Shown here: positions 37,162 through 47,529 of the stretch, piece after piece
Layout: each line of letters opens with the position of its first letter
How positions within the stretch are numbered: position 1 is the first letter of the stretch
IMG/VR virus record: IMGVR_UViG_3300042945_001831
Span: 1 to 64,000 of that record
DNA: 64,000 bases
Source of the DNA: a virus
Strand: one strand, 5' to 3'
Notes under the pieces: generated by a model
Databases searched by the model: none
What the model saw: only the letters and a program-made list of their open reading frames with translations
What the model was told of the DNA's origin: nothing
Translations under genes and position numbers: made by a program

Positions 37162-38211
37162 ATGTTTGGACAATACTACTATCACGAAATAATTAGAAAG
37201 ACTATCATTGCTTTTGGTACTCTTTTTAATACTATTGACATCAAGCATAAAACACAAAGTAATGAAGACTATAGTATTATTAGAGTTCCAATTGCTTATG
37301 GTCCAACAGAAAAGTTTCTTGCTAGATTAGAACAAAAACCAGATTTAAGAAAAAGAGTATCAATAACACTTCCGAGAATGTCATTTGAAATGACCAGCAT
37401 TCGTTATGATAATAGTAGAAAAATTTCTACTATGCAAACATTTAAAGTATTAAATCAAGATAATAAAACTATAAAAAAAATGTTTATGCCTGTTCCATAT
37501 AATATAGGCATACAACTTTCTATCATGACTCAATATAATGATGATGCTCTGCAAATCGTAGAACAAATTTTACCTTATTTTCAACCATCATTTAATCTTT
37601 CTGTAGATTTAGTATCTTCTATTGCAGAAAAAAGAGATATTCCAATGATTTTGGAAGATGTATCATTCAAAGATAATTATGACAGTGGATATGAAGAAAA
37701 AAGAACTATAATTTATACATTAGACTTTACAGCAAAAACTTATCTATTTGGTCCAATTCCAAATTCCGATGAAGGATTTATTAAAAAAGTACAAGTTGAT
37801 TATTATAGCAACACAAATACTAAAAATGCTTCCAGACAACTTAGATACGTCGCGGAACCAAGAGCAACAAAAGATTATGATGAAGATAATACTACAACAT
37901 TAGCAGAAAATATTGATAATCAAATTACAAAATTTAATGTTGGAGACACCACAAATCTGTCTATTGATGATTATATTCAAATTGATACTGAATCAATGTT
38001 AATTAAATCAATTGACGGAAATACATTGACTGTAGTGAGAGGAAAAGACAACACACTTATTGAATCTCACATTAATGGAAGTTATATTAATTTAATCAAT
38101 TCTTTAGATAATGATTTAATAGAACAAACTGATGATTTTGGATTTAGTGAATATCGTTATGATTATAACGATGGAAAAGTGTACAGTCCAACTAAAGGTA
38201 CTGATGTATGA
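37162..38211 (+). CDS. gp15: tail sheath stabilizer / terminator gp15
   Basis: FGTLFN, VPIAYGP.EKFLARL, LPRMSFE, QIVEQILPYFQP. Confidence 0.95.
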   Translation: MFGQYYYHEIIRKTIIAFGTLFNTIDIKHKTQSNEDYSIIRVPIAYGPTEKFLARLEQKPDLRKRVSITLPRMSFEMTSIRYDNSRKISTMQTFKVLNQDNKTIKKMFMPVPYNIGIQLSIMTQYNDDALQIVEQILPYFQPSFNLSVDLVSSIAEKRDIPMILEDVSFKDNYDSGYEEKRTIIYTLDFTAKTYLFGPIPNSDEGFIKKVQVDYYSNTNTKNASRQLRYVAEPRATKDYDEDNTTTLAENIDNQITKFNVGDTTNLSIDDYIQIDTESMLIKSIDGNTLTVVRGKDNTLIESHINGSYINLINSLDNDLIEQTDDFGFSEYRYDYNDGKVYSPTKGTDV

Positions 38212-38639
38212 ATAATAAATTTGATGATATAAATGAAGCATTGGAGATAGAAGCAACTCCAATAGAAAAAAAACTTGTAAAAAGATCTTCATCAAAATTA
38301 TCTAGACCAATAGATATCAATGATTTGGATGCAGATTATGAGTATACAAGAGGGCATTATTATGCGTTATTGGAAAAGGGACAAGAAGCCATTGATAGTA
38401 TATTAGAACTAGCACAAAATTCAGAAAAAGCAAGAGATTTTGAAGTCGCACTTCAAGGAATTAAAAACATTGCCGATGTTGCTGATAAACTTATGGATCT
38501 ACAACAAAAAAATAAAAAAATAAGAGAAGAAGAAACAAAACGACCATCTACAGTAAATAATTCTGTATTCATTGGTTCAACAGCAGATCTTCATAAATTA
38601 ATTAAAAATGGGTTCAACTCTGAAGATAAAACTAAATAA
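38208..38639 (+). CDS. gp16: terminase small subunit gp16
   Basis: DYEYTRG, GQEAIDSIL, ARDFEV, NNSVFIGSTADL. Confidence 0.9.
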   Translation: MNNKFDDINEALEIEATPIEKKLVKRSSSKLSRPIDINDLDADYEYTRGHYYALLEKGQEAIDSILELAQNSEKARDFEVALQGIKNIADVADKLMDLQQKNKKIREEETKRPSTVNNSVFIGSTADLHKLIKNGFNSEDKTK

Positions 38640-38659
38640 TAAAAGGTAGAGAAAAAACA

Positions 38660-40129
38660 ATGAGCACTAACTCTTTTAAAAATTGGAGATTCATTACAGA
38701 TATGATGATTTGCAATTCTATCATATCGGAAGATTATGAATTTTCAATGGCAAGAAGTGAGTTGAAAACTGCAAAAAGTGCAATTGATAGATTATTGAAA
38801 AAATTGAACGGTGAAGGAAATTTAGAAGCTTGGATACAATCAAAAATCACAAAAGCTGCTGATTATATTGATACTGTTGCTGACCATATGGATAGTGGAG
38901 AGTCAGAAACAGAAGTTAATGAGCAATTAAAACCACACAAAACGGTAGAGCAGATTGCAAGGAAACATCGTATGGATGTCTCGGATATTCAGAAGCAACT
39001 TGATATGGGTGCTCCAATTGAACACGAGCACACAAAAGATAAAACTTTAGCAATTGATATTGCTCTTCAACATCTTGATGAAATTCCAGATTATTATACT
39101 CGTTTAAAAAAAATGGAAGCATCTGCAAAAAAAGAACATAAAAAGTTCAAAGATGTTAAAGAGACCGTAACAATTGAAGATGCGAAAGGAAATACATTTT
39201 TAGAAATTATTGATTTAATTAAACCAGAAAAAATGAAAGGTGTTAGTGAAGAAACTGCATCTGGAGATGAATCTCTCCACGATTGGTTTGCAAAATCAAG
39301 TGGAACAAATCCAAAAACGGGAAAAAAAGTAAAAGGATGGCCTCAAATTGGTGGAAAGTTTGCTGGTGCTCCTTGTGCCCGTCAACCAGGACAAACTACT
39401 AAACCAAAATGTGGTTCATCAAAAATGGCTGCAAATATGTCCGATGATGAAGAAGATGCCGCAGCAAGAAGAAAAAGAAAGGAAGATCCAAATCCAAATA
39501 GAACAGGACAAGCAAGAAATGTTAAGACCGAAGAATTTGTAAACGAGGATGCTTGTAAAGAAAAAGTAAAATCTCGTTATAAAATTTGGCCTAGTGCTTA
39601 TGCTTCTGGAGCAGTTGTAAAATGTCGTAAAGTTGGTGCTGCAAATTGGGGAACAAAATCTGAAAGTACTGATTCACTTGGGGGTGATTGGCATACTCCA
39701 ATTCGTGAAAGAGCAGATAGATATTGTCCAAAATGTGAAAAACTCGAAAGAAGAACAGAATGTAAGTATGGTACAAAATATTGGGATATGTTCTCCTTAC
39801 CAGCAGAGATAATTAGTTCAAAAAAAGATTATAATATAACAATGCCGTATCCTGCAAATGAATCAGCAACAATTGAAGATATAGATGAAAACTATCTACG
39901 AATACAAACTCGCGGAACAACTTATAGTATACTACTAAATTGGAGAGGGAAATATATTACATCACAGATGTTTTTTCCGCAATTTACAAGACCAACGAAA
40001 AAACAAGTTACGGATGAAGTGAGAAAAATTTATCCAAATGCAATTGTCTTGTCATTTAATCCATCCACAAAAGACCCAACAAAACCATTATTATTTACTG
40101 GAGATGCAAATGGACCCAAACAGTATTGA
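38660..40129 (+). CDS. modular late protein, possibly an internal head protein
   Basis: CTAAATA late-promoter variant at 38632-38638; mosaic of short modules (EAWIQSKITKAADY; IEHEHT..IALQHLDEIPDYYTRL; YKIWPSAYASGAVVKCRK). Confidence 0.75.
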   Translation: MSTNSFKNWRFITDMMICNSIISEDYEFSMARSELKTAKSAIDRLLKKLNGEGNLEAWIQSKITKAADYIDTVADHMDSGESETEVNEQLKPHKTVEQIARKHRMDVSDIQKQLDMGAPIEHEHTKDKTLAIDIALQHLDEIPDYYTRLKKMEASAKKEHKKFKDVKETVTIEDAKGNTFLEIIDLIKPEKMKGVSEETASGDESLHDWFAKSSGTNPKTGKKVKGWPQIGGKFAGAPCARQPGQTTKPKCGSSKMAANMSDDEEDAAARRKRKEDPNPNRTGQARNVKTEEFVNEDACKEKVKSRYKIWPSAYASGAVVKCRKVGAANWGTKSESTDSLGGDWHTPIRERADRYCPKCEKLERRTECKYGTKYWDMFSLPAEIISSKKDYNITMPYPANESATIEDIDENYLRIQTRGTTYSILLNWRGKYITSQMFFPQFTRPTKKQVTDEVRKIYPNAIVLSFNPSTKDPTKPLLFTGDANGPKQY

Positions 40130-40301
40130 ACTTCACAATTTAAGTAAAATATTTGAATATGAAAAAATTTCAAGAACAATAGATAATTGTGATGATATAA
40201 AGTTTTTAAAAAATCTTTCTAAATCTTTTATTAAACTTTACTTTAAACAACAAGAAACATTAACCGCAATAGAAGCAAATATAAAAATAAATGATGGTTG
40301 A
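40110..40301 (+). CDS. small helical protein, possibly NblA-like
   Basis: GGAG RBS; MDPNSIELHNLSKIFEYEKISRTIDNCDDIKFLKNLSKSFIKLYFKQQE; helix-loop-helix pattern and size similar to NblA. Confidence 0.5.
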   Translation: MDPNSIELHNLSKIFEYEKISRTIDNCDDIKFLKNLSKSFIKLYFKQQETLTAIEANIKINDG

Positions 40302-41943
40302 AAAACATTATAAAGGAAATCCCAATTTAAAAGCTGAAAACGTTCAAATTGAATTTACTAAAGAAAATATTGAAGAGTATATAAGATGTAAAGAAAATCC
40401 AATATATTTTGCAAAAAAATATGTAAAGATTGTTTCATTGGATCATGGATTAGTTCCGTTTGATATGTATGATTTCCAAGAGGAACTGATTAAAAATTTT
40501 CATTATAATAGATTTAACATCGCAAAACTCCCCAGACAAACTGGAAAATCGACGACTGTTGTATCATATCTTCTTCACTATGCTCTTTTTAACGATAATA
40601 TAAGAATTGCAATTCTGGCAAATAAAGCAGAAACTGCTAGAGAACTTTTAGGTAGGTTGCAATTATCTTATGAAAATTTACCAGATTGGTTGCAGCAAGG
40701 TGTAGGTTCTTGGAACAAAGGTTCTTTGGAACTTGAAAATGGATCTAAAATTGTAGCAGCATCCACATCATCATCTGCTGTTCGAGGAAATTCTTTTAAT
40801 ATCATTTTCTTGGATGAATTTGCATTTATTCCAAATCATATTGCAGAACAGTTTTTCTCTTCTGTATATCCTACTATTTCTTCGGGACAAAGCACAAAAG
40901 TTATTATCATTTCAACTCCCAACGGGATGAACATGTTTTATAAACTTTGGCATGATGCGGAGAGAGGAAAGAATGGTTATATTCCACTAGAAGTTCATTG
41001 GTCTGCGGTGCCTGGAAGAGACGCAGAGTGGAAACGACAAACGATTGCGAATACTTCCGAAAGACAGTTTACGCAAGAGTTTGAGTGCGAATTTCTTGGG
41101 TCTGTTGATACTTTAATTGCTCCATCAAAACTTAGATCAATGGTCTACGAAGATCCATTGAAAAAAAATAAAGGACTTGATGTATATTATGAACCAATTG
41201 AAGAAAATAGTTATTTGATGACGGTTGATGTTTCTAGAGGAATGAGTAATGATTATTCTGCATTTGTAGTTTTTGATATAACCACATTTCCATATAAAGT
41301 TGTTGCAAAATATAGAAATAATGAAATAAAACCCATGCTTTTTCCAAACATTATACAAGATGTCGCAAAAGCATATAATAAATGTTTTGTTTTAGTTGAA
41401 GTCAATGATATTGGAGAACAAGTATCAACAATACTTCATTTTGATTTGGAATATGATAATATTTTAATGTGTTCAATGAGGGGCAGAGCAGGACAATTAG
41501 TTGGGCAAGGATTTTCTGGAAAAAAATCTCAACTTGGAGTGAAAATGTCCAAAACTGTAAAAAAAGTTGGATGTTCAAATTTAAAGACAATCATAGAAGA
41601 TGATAAATTAATAATCAGTGATTATGATATTATTAGCGAATTGACCACTTTTATTCAAAAAAATCAATCATTTGAAGCAGAGGAAGGTTGCAATGATGAT
41701 TTAGCCATGTGCTTAGTAATTTTTGCTTGGTTGGTTGTTCAAGATTATTTTAGAGAAATGACGGATAATGATGTCCGCAAAAGAATATATGAAGAGCAAA
41801 AAGATCAAATTGAAGCGGACATGTCTCCATTTGGATTTATTATAGATGGACTCAATGAAGAAACTTCATTTGTCGATGTTGATGGTGATAGGTGGCACAT
41901 TGATGAATATGGAGATAGATCATATATGTGGGAATATAATTAA
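40291..41943 (+). CDS. gp17: terminase large subunit gp17
   Basis: Walker A PRQTGKST, Walker B IFLDEFAF, STPNG, nuclease VDVSRG and CNDDLAM. Confidence 0.97.
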   Translation: MMVEKHYKGNPNLKAENVQIEFTKENIEEYIRCKENPIYFAKKYVKIVSLDHGLVPFDMYDFQEELIKNFHYNRFNIAKLPRQTGKSTTVVSYLLHYALFNDNIRIAILANKAETARELLGRLQLSYENLPDWLQQGVGSWNKGSLELENGSKIVAASTSSSAVRGNSFNIIFLDEFAFIPNHIAEQFFSSVYPTISSGQSTKVIIISTPNGMNMFYKLWHDAERGKNGYIPLEVHWSAVPGRDAEWKRQTIANTSERQFTQEFECEFLGSVDTLIAPSKLRSMVYEDPLKKNKGLDVYYEPIEENSYLMTVDVSRGMSNDYSAFVVFDITTFPYKVVAKYRNNEIKPMLFPNIIQDVAKAYNKCFVLVEVNDIGEQVSTILHFDLEYDNILMCSMRGRAGQLVGQGFSGKKSQLGVKMSKTVKKVGCSNLKTIIEDDKLIISDYDIISELTTFIQKNQSFEAEEGCNDDLAMCLVIFAWLVVQDYFREMTDNDVRKRIYEEQKDQIEADMSPFGFIIDGLNEETSFVDVDGDRWHIDEYGDRSYMWEYN

Positions 41944-41955
41944 AAATTAGTATTT

Positions 41956-41963
41956 TATAAATA
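41956..41963 (+). promoter_or_regulatory. late promoter TATAAATA
   Basis: exact consensus upstream of gp18. Confidence 0.8.
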
Positions 41964-42001
41964 TTTCTAGACAAAAATGAAACTTCTTCAGAGGGAAAAA
42001 C

Positions 42002-44371
42002 ATGTCGCTAAACTTAGTATCTCCGGGCGTCAAAACGAGAGAAGTTGACTTAACAATTGGGAGAATTGATGCAATCAATGATCAAGTCGGCGCTATAGCA
42101 GGACCATTTGAGAAAGGACCAGTAAATGTTCCTATCTTAATTGAAACTGAAAACGATCTTCTTAAAACATTCGGTAAGCCTCTTTCGACTGATGCTCAAT
42201 ATGAGTACTGGTTAGGTGCGTCATCATATCTTTCTTATGGTGGCATTCTTAGAGTTATTAGAACAGATGGAGACAATTTAAATAATTCAAATGCTGGTGT
42301 TTCCGTAGCATCAACTACGCTTAAAATTTCCACATATGAAGATTACATCAATAACCAACAAACTGCAACATCTTGGTACTATGCTGCCAAGAATCCAGGA
42401 AAGTGGGCAAATAATTTAAAAGTTTGCACGATTGATGCTTTTGCTGACCAAACTATTTCAGGCATATCAACTACTGGTGTATCTGTTGGAATGGGAATCA
42501 CCCAGTCAATTGATGGTAGAGTGATTGCTGGTGCAGGATCAACTTCTTCTGCTACTGGTTATTTGAGAGGAATTATCACTGGTGTAGGTGCAAGTGAACT
42601 GTATGTAAAAGTATCTGAAACAGTTTCTGGAACAACAGTTTCGCAAATTGCTTATACTGAAGGAAGTACATATGCATTCCAAACTCCAACAACATCTACT
42701 GTATCAACAACAGTTGGAGTTGCAACAACTTCTGGTTTTTTGAGTGAATCGTTTGATGTTTCAATTACTGGAATCGTAACAACTGGAATTCTACTAGGTG
42801 ATATTGTTTCTGGAACAAGTGTAGCAGCAGGAACAACGGTTGTTTCTATTGGAGCAAGTACAATTTTTGTTGACAAAACAATCACAGCAGGTATTGGAAC
42901 AACAACGTTTACTTTTACAAGAGGTTCTACGTCATCAACTGTTTCAAATGCAATTCAAGTAATTACCACGGCAGGTGTAACAACTAGCTCAATTACTTCT
43001 GCTACATTGTCAGATTGGTATAACCAACAAACTTTAGGTCTTACTAATACTATAGTTTATTGGAAATCTATTGCAGAAAAACCAAAAACTTCACAGTATT
43101 GTGTAGAAAGAAATGGTCGTAATGACGAATTCCACCTTGCAGTTGTAGATGATACTGGTTTAGTAACTGGTATTGCTGGAAATGTTTTAGAAAAATATAC
43201 TTACTTATCAAAAGCACTTGATGGTAAGATTTCACCAACAGAACCAGTATACTATAAAGATTCCATTGCAAATAAATCTTCATATATTTTTGCTGGATAT
43301 GCACCAACTGGAACTGCTACTGGATTTGCATTAACTACTGGACTTACCGCTACTGGAACTGGAAATTGGGGAGCAAATGCACAAGGAACTACATTTAGTG
43401 CTGCTGGAAATGTAACTTACAATTTGACTGGTGGTGTTGACTATTCTGCAAATGGTGGAATGAATGCGACACTTTCAAATATTATTTCATCTTATAATAT
43501 TCTTACCAATCCAGCGGAATATTCAGTCAATTTCTTAATTTCTGGACCTTCTGGTGGTGCTACAATTTATGATTCACAATCAAAAGCAAATGCTTTAATT
43601 TCTATTGCAGAACAAAGAAAAGATTGCATTGCAGTTATTTCTCCACACAGAGATGGGGTTGTAAATGTTACCAACTCAGATACACAAACACAAAACGTTA
43701 TTAATTTCTTTGATTCAATAACTTCATCTTCGTATGCAGTTTTTGATTCTGGATATAAGTATATGTTTGATAGATTTAATAACACCTTTAGATACGTTGC
43801 TTGCAACGCAGACATTGCTGGATTGATGGCTAGAACATCAATCAATCAATATCCTTGGTTCTCCCCTGCTGGTTCGTCCAGAGGTGGGATCAATGGTGCT
43901 GTAAAACTTGCTTACAATCCCTCACAAGCACAAAGAGATTTACTTTATCCAAAGAGAATTAATCCAATTATTTTCTCTCCTGGTGCTGGAATCATCTTAT
44001 TTGGTGATAAGACTGCACTCTCTTATGCTTCTGCTTTTGATAGAATCAACGTTCGTCGTTTGTTTTTGACAATTGAAGGAACAATTGAAAGGGCAGCAAG
44101 ATCACAACTTTTTGAATTCAATGACGTAATCACAAGATCAAACTTTATTAACATTGTTGAACCATATCTCCGCGATGTCAAATCAAAGAGAGGAATTACT
44201 GATTTTGTCGTTATCTGTGATGAGACAAATAATACTCCCGATGTGATTGATGGAAATCAATTCAGGGCTGATATTTTTGTAAAACCTGCAAGATCAATCA
44301 ACTTCATTGGACTTACTTTCGTTGCTACTCGCACTGGAGTAAGTTTTGAAGAAGTCATTGGAAACGTTTAA
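42002..44371 (+). CDS. gp18: tail sheath protein gp18
   Basis: LVSPGVKTREVDLT, PWFSPAGSSRG, FDRINVRRLF, KPARSINFI. Confidence 0.97.
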   Translation: MSLNLVSPGVKTREVDLTIGRIDAINDQVGAIAGPFEKGPVNVPILIETENDLLKTFGKPLSTDAQYEYWLGASSYLSYGGILRVIRTDGDNLNNSNAGVSVASTTLKISTYEDYINNQQTATSWYYAAKNPGKWANNLKVCTIDAFADQTISGISTTGVSVGMGITQSIDGRVIAGAGSTSSATGYLRGIITGVGASELYVKVSETVSGTTVSQIAYTEGSTYAFQTPTTSTVSTTVGVATTSGFLSESFDVSITGIVTTGILLGDIVSGTSVAAGTTVVSIGASTIFVDKTITAGIGTTTFTFTRGSTSSTVSNAIQVITTAGVTTSSITSATLSDWYNQQTLGLTNTIVYWKSIAEKPKTSQYCVERNGRNDEFHLAVVDDTGLVTGIAGNVLEKYTYLSKALDGKISPTEPVYYKDSIANKSSYIFAGYAPTGTATGFALTTGLTATGTGNWGANAQGTTFSAAGNVTYNLTGGVDYSANGGMNATLSNIISSYNILTNPAEYSVNFLISGPSGGATIYDSQSKANALISIAEQRKDCIAVISPHRDGVVNVTNSDTQTQNVINFFDSITSSSYAVFDSGYKYMFDRFNNTFRYVACNADIAGLMARTSINQYPWFSPAGSSRGGINGAVKLAYNPSQAQRDLLYPKRINPIIFSPGAGIILFGDKTALSYASAFDRINVRRLFLTIEGTIERAARSQLFEFNDVITRSNFINIVEPYLRDVKSKRGITDFVVICDETNNTPDVIDGNQFRADIFVKPARSINFIGLTFVATRTGVSFEEVIGNV

Positions 44372-44391
44372 TCAACTAGAGGTAAAAAACA

Positions 44392-45021
44392 ATGGCGAAC
44401 AATCCAAATACAAAAGATAGAACCCTTGATCAATTCAAGGGAAGAATGCTTCAAGGTGGGGCGAGACCTAATTTATTTGAATGTGAATTATTTTTTCCAA
44501 CAGAAGCAATTCCAACTGGTTCTACTCCAGATACATTATCCGATGCTACTAGATTTTTAATTAAAGCAGCAGCTCTTCCAGCATCAACTCTTGGTATTAT
44601 TGATGTTCCTTTTAGAGGAAGAAATCTTAAAATTGCTGGAGATAGAACATTTGATCCTTGGACAATCACTGTTATTAATGAGGTTAATTTCGATATCAGA
44701 ACTGCATTTGAAAGATGGATGAACTTAATTAACAAGCACGAAGATAATGCTGGATTGATCAATCCATTTGATTACCAACAAGATGCTTACGTCAAACAAC
44801 TTGGAAGAGCAGGACTTAATGGAAATGTTCCAACCTCTGACACTCAACTTCCGGTATTGAAGCAATATAAGTTTTATGGGGTATTCCCAACTTCAGTAAG
44901 TGATATTGCAGTTTCTTATGATTCTTCAGATACAATTGAAGAATTTACTGTAGATCTCCAAGTTCAATGGTGGGATGCTCTTGATGAAGATGGCAATACT
45001 CAACTTGGAACAGGTTCATAA
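44392..45021 (+). CDS. gp19: tail tube protein gp19
   Basis: GGARPNLFE, FRGRNLKIAGDRTFDPWTITV, IEEFTV. Confidence 0.95.
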   Translation: MANNPNTKDRTLDQFKGRMLQGGARPNLFECELFFPTEAIPTGSTPDTLSDATRFLIKAAALPASTLGIIDVPFRGRNLKIAGDRTFDPWTITVINEVNFDIRTAFERWMNLINKHEDNAGLINPFDYQQDAYVKQLGRAGLNGNVPTSDTQLPVLKQYKFYGVFPTSVSDIAVSYDSSDTIEEFTVDLQVQWWDALDEDGNTQLGTGS

Positions 45022-45046
45022 ATACTAAAAAGTATTTAAATTTTTG

Positions 45047-46723
45047 ATGGCTAAATTATTTGGTTTTAAAATACAGAATACTGGAGATGATAAGTACAAA
45101 AAACTTATTTCTCCAGTTGCTCCTAACGACGAAGATAAGTCAGATTTCTATATATCTAGTGGTTTTTATGGACAATATGTAGATATTGAAGGAGTATATA
45201 AAAACGAACAAGACTTGGTAAGAAGATATCGTGAGATGTCTCTTCATCCAGAGTGTGATAGTGCTATTGAAGATGTAGTAAACGAAGCAATTGTATCTGA
45301 TGCAAATGATTCTCCAGTAGAAATTGATTTATCAAATCTTCCAGCATCAGATAAATTAAAAAAAATTATTCGAGAAGAATTTAAATATATTAAAGAAATA
45401 TTGGATTTTGATAAAAAGTGTCATGAAATTTTTAGAAATTGGTATGTAGATGGAAGGATCTTCTATCATAAAGTAATTGATATGAAAGATCCAAGTTCTG
45501 GAATTAAAGAAGTAAGATTTATCGATCCATTAAAAATTAGGTTTATTCGCAAAGCAGAACAAATATCAAATAATAACCAATCTTCAATGTTTGTAAACAA
45601 AGAAGGTTTAGAACAATATCAAGCTCCAAAGATTGAAGAATATTATTTGTATGATCCAAATAGCCCAACTTCAAGTGGTGGAACAATTTCTTATAGAAAT
45701 GAATCAAAAAGTGTAAAAATTGCAAAAGACTCAATTACATATGTAACTTCTGGATTGGTGGACAGAAATAAACAAACAATCCTTTCATATTTACATAAAG
45801 CAATTAAGGCACTCAATCAACTTCGAATGATCGAGGATAGTTTAGTTATCTATAGACTTTCTCGTGCTCCAGAACGTCGTATATTTTATATTGATGTTGG
45901 TAATCTTCCCAAGATTAAAGCAGAGCAATATTTACGAGATGTAATGAATCGTTATAGAAATAAACTTGTTTATAATGCCGATACTGGAGAAATTCGTGAT
46001 GATCGTAAGCATATGGCAATGTTGGAAGATTTTTGGTTGCCTCGTAGAGAAGGTGGTCGTGGAACTGAAATCACTACACTTCCTGGTGGACAAAATCTTG
46101 GAGAACTTGCTGACATTGAATATTTTCAAAAGAAATTATACAAATCATTAAATGTTCCATCAAGTAGAATTGATGTTGGTGGTGGTGGTTTTAATTTAGG
46201 AAGATCATCAGAAATTTTAAGAGATGAATTAAAATTCACAAAATTTGTAGGAAGACTTAGAAAAAGATTTTCTGGAGTTTTTAATGATATGCTGAAAACT
46301 CAGCTCATTTTAAAAAATATTGTTACTCCAGAAGACTGGCAAATTTTAAATGATCATATTCAATATGATTATGTTTATGATAATCATTTTTCAAATCTTA
46401 AAGATAATGAACTTTTAAATGATCAGTTAGGTGTTGTTGCGGCAATGGAACCATATATTGGAAGATATTTTTCTGCAGAATACGTCAGAACTAAAGTATT
46501 AAAACAATCTGATACAGAAATGTTGGAAATTGATAAGCAAATCAAAAAAGAGATTGAAGATGGTATTATTCCAGACCCCAATCAACCAATAGATCCAACA
46601 ACTGGAATGCCTATGCAAGATATGAATGGATCTATGGATTTGGGGCAACCAATGATGGAGCCGGGATTAGAAAATCAAGCAAAAGCAACGCAAGTTCAAA
46701 TGCCAAAAGGTGGAGAGATATAA
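45047..46723 (+). CDS. gp20: portal protein gp20
   Basis: YRLSRAPERRIFYIDVGNLPK, EDFWLPRREGGRGTEITTLPGG; CATAAATA late promoter at 45017-45024. Confidence 0.97.
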   Translation: MAKLFGFKIQNTGDDKYKKLISPVAPNDEDKSDFYISSGFYGQYVDIEGVYKNEQDLVRRYREMSLHPECDSAIEDVVNEAIVSDANDSPVEIDLSNLPASDKLKKIIREEFKYIKEILDFDKKCHEIFRNWYVDGRIFYHKVIDMKDPSSGIKEVRFIDPLKIRFIRKAEQISNNNQSSMFVNKEGLEQYQAPKIEEYYLYDPNSPTSSGGTISYRNESKSVKIAKDSITYVTSGLVDRNKQTILSYLHKAIKALNQLRMIEDSLVIYRLSRAPERRIFYIDVGNLPKIKAEQYLRDVMNRYRNKLVYNADTGEIRDDRKHMAMLEDFWLPRREGGRGTEITTLPGGQNLGELADIEYFQKKLYKSLNVPSSRIDVGGGGFNLGRSSEILRDELKFTKFVGRLRKRFSGVFNDMLKTQLILKNIVTPEDWQILNDHIQYDYVYDNHFSNLKDNELLNDQLGVVAAMEPYIGRYFSAEYVRTKVLKQSDTEMLEIDKQIKKEIEDGIIPDPNQPIDPTTGMPMQDMNGSMDLGQPMMEPGLENQAKATQVQMPKGGEI

Positions 46724-46726
46724 ATA
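46719..46726 (+). promoter_or_regulatory. late promoter TATAAATA
   Basis: exact consensus overlapping the gp20 stop. Confidence 0.75.
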
Positions 46727-46754
46727 GTTTTTAGTTATTATATATCAAAACAGT

Positions 46755-46979
46755 ATGGATGATTTACTAGATATGATTGTTTCTGATGAGTCTCCTTCAC
46801 AAATTTCAGACAAAATCAAAGAAATTCTTTTTACAAAAAGTGCAGAAAGAGTTGAGGCAATGAGACCTCAAGTTTCTTCTAGTCTTTTTGGTGAACAAGA
46901 TGCAGAAACATATGAAGATGATGATGAAGAAGATGAGGATTATGAAGATGATGAAGATTACACCGAGGATGAAGAATAA
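46755..46979 (+). CDS. small acidic protein, positional analogue of T4 prohead core gp67
   Basis: between gp20 and gp21; long D/E tail. Confidence 0.7.
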   Translation: MDDLLDMIVSDESPSQISDKIKEILFTKSAERVEAMRPQVSSSLFGEQDAETYEDDDEEDEDYEDDEDYTEDEE

Positions 46980-47527
46980 TGACAGTACATAAAGCCGTTG
47001 GTCTTGGAAATTCTATTGCAATTACTTCTGGATCTGCAACAACTTCATCTGCACTATCTGTTCAAACAAAAGCATTAAGAGTTGTCGCAACTGCTCCAGC
47101 TTTTATTGCAATTGGAACAAATCCAACAGCATCAACAACGGATTATTATGTTCCAAGTGGAGGAACTGCAGTTCTTGCATTAAGTCCAGCATCACAAAGA
47201 GTTATTGGAATTACAACAGGAACTGTAACTACAATCACTTTTCCCGAAGGAACTGGATCACCATTTGAAGTTGGAGATTTTGTTTCTTTATCTTCTGTTG
47301 GGCAATCATATTATAACTTTACACACCAACCTGTAACAGCAGTTGATTCTTCAACTGGATATAGTGGTTATTATTCTACTAGAGTCAGTATTGGAACAAA
47401 TACTTCAGGAATTGTAACTGCATTTTCTACTGATGCAAATTTAAGAAAATCTGTGAGAATATCAGCATATGGAGCAGGAGCAGGAGCTTTATATTATCAA
47501 CAAGTTCAAATTTCTGGAGACGCATAA
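46979..47527 (+). CDS. hypothetical virion-associated protein
   Basis: 182-aa S/T/G-rich ORF coupled to its neighbours. Confidence 0.75.
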   Translation: MTVHKAVGLGNSIAITSGSATTSSALSVQTKALRVVATAPAFIAIGTNPTASTTDYYVPSGGTAVLALSPASQRVIGITTGTVTTITFPEGTGSPFEVGDFVSLSSVGQSYYNFTHQPVTAVDSSTGYSGYYSTRVSIGTNTSGIVTAFSTDANLRKSVRISAYGAGAGALYYQQVQISGDA

Positions 47528-47529
47528 AA

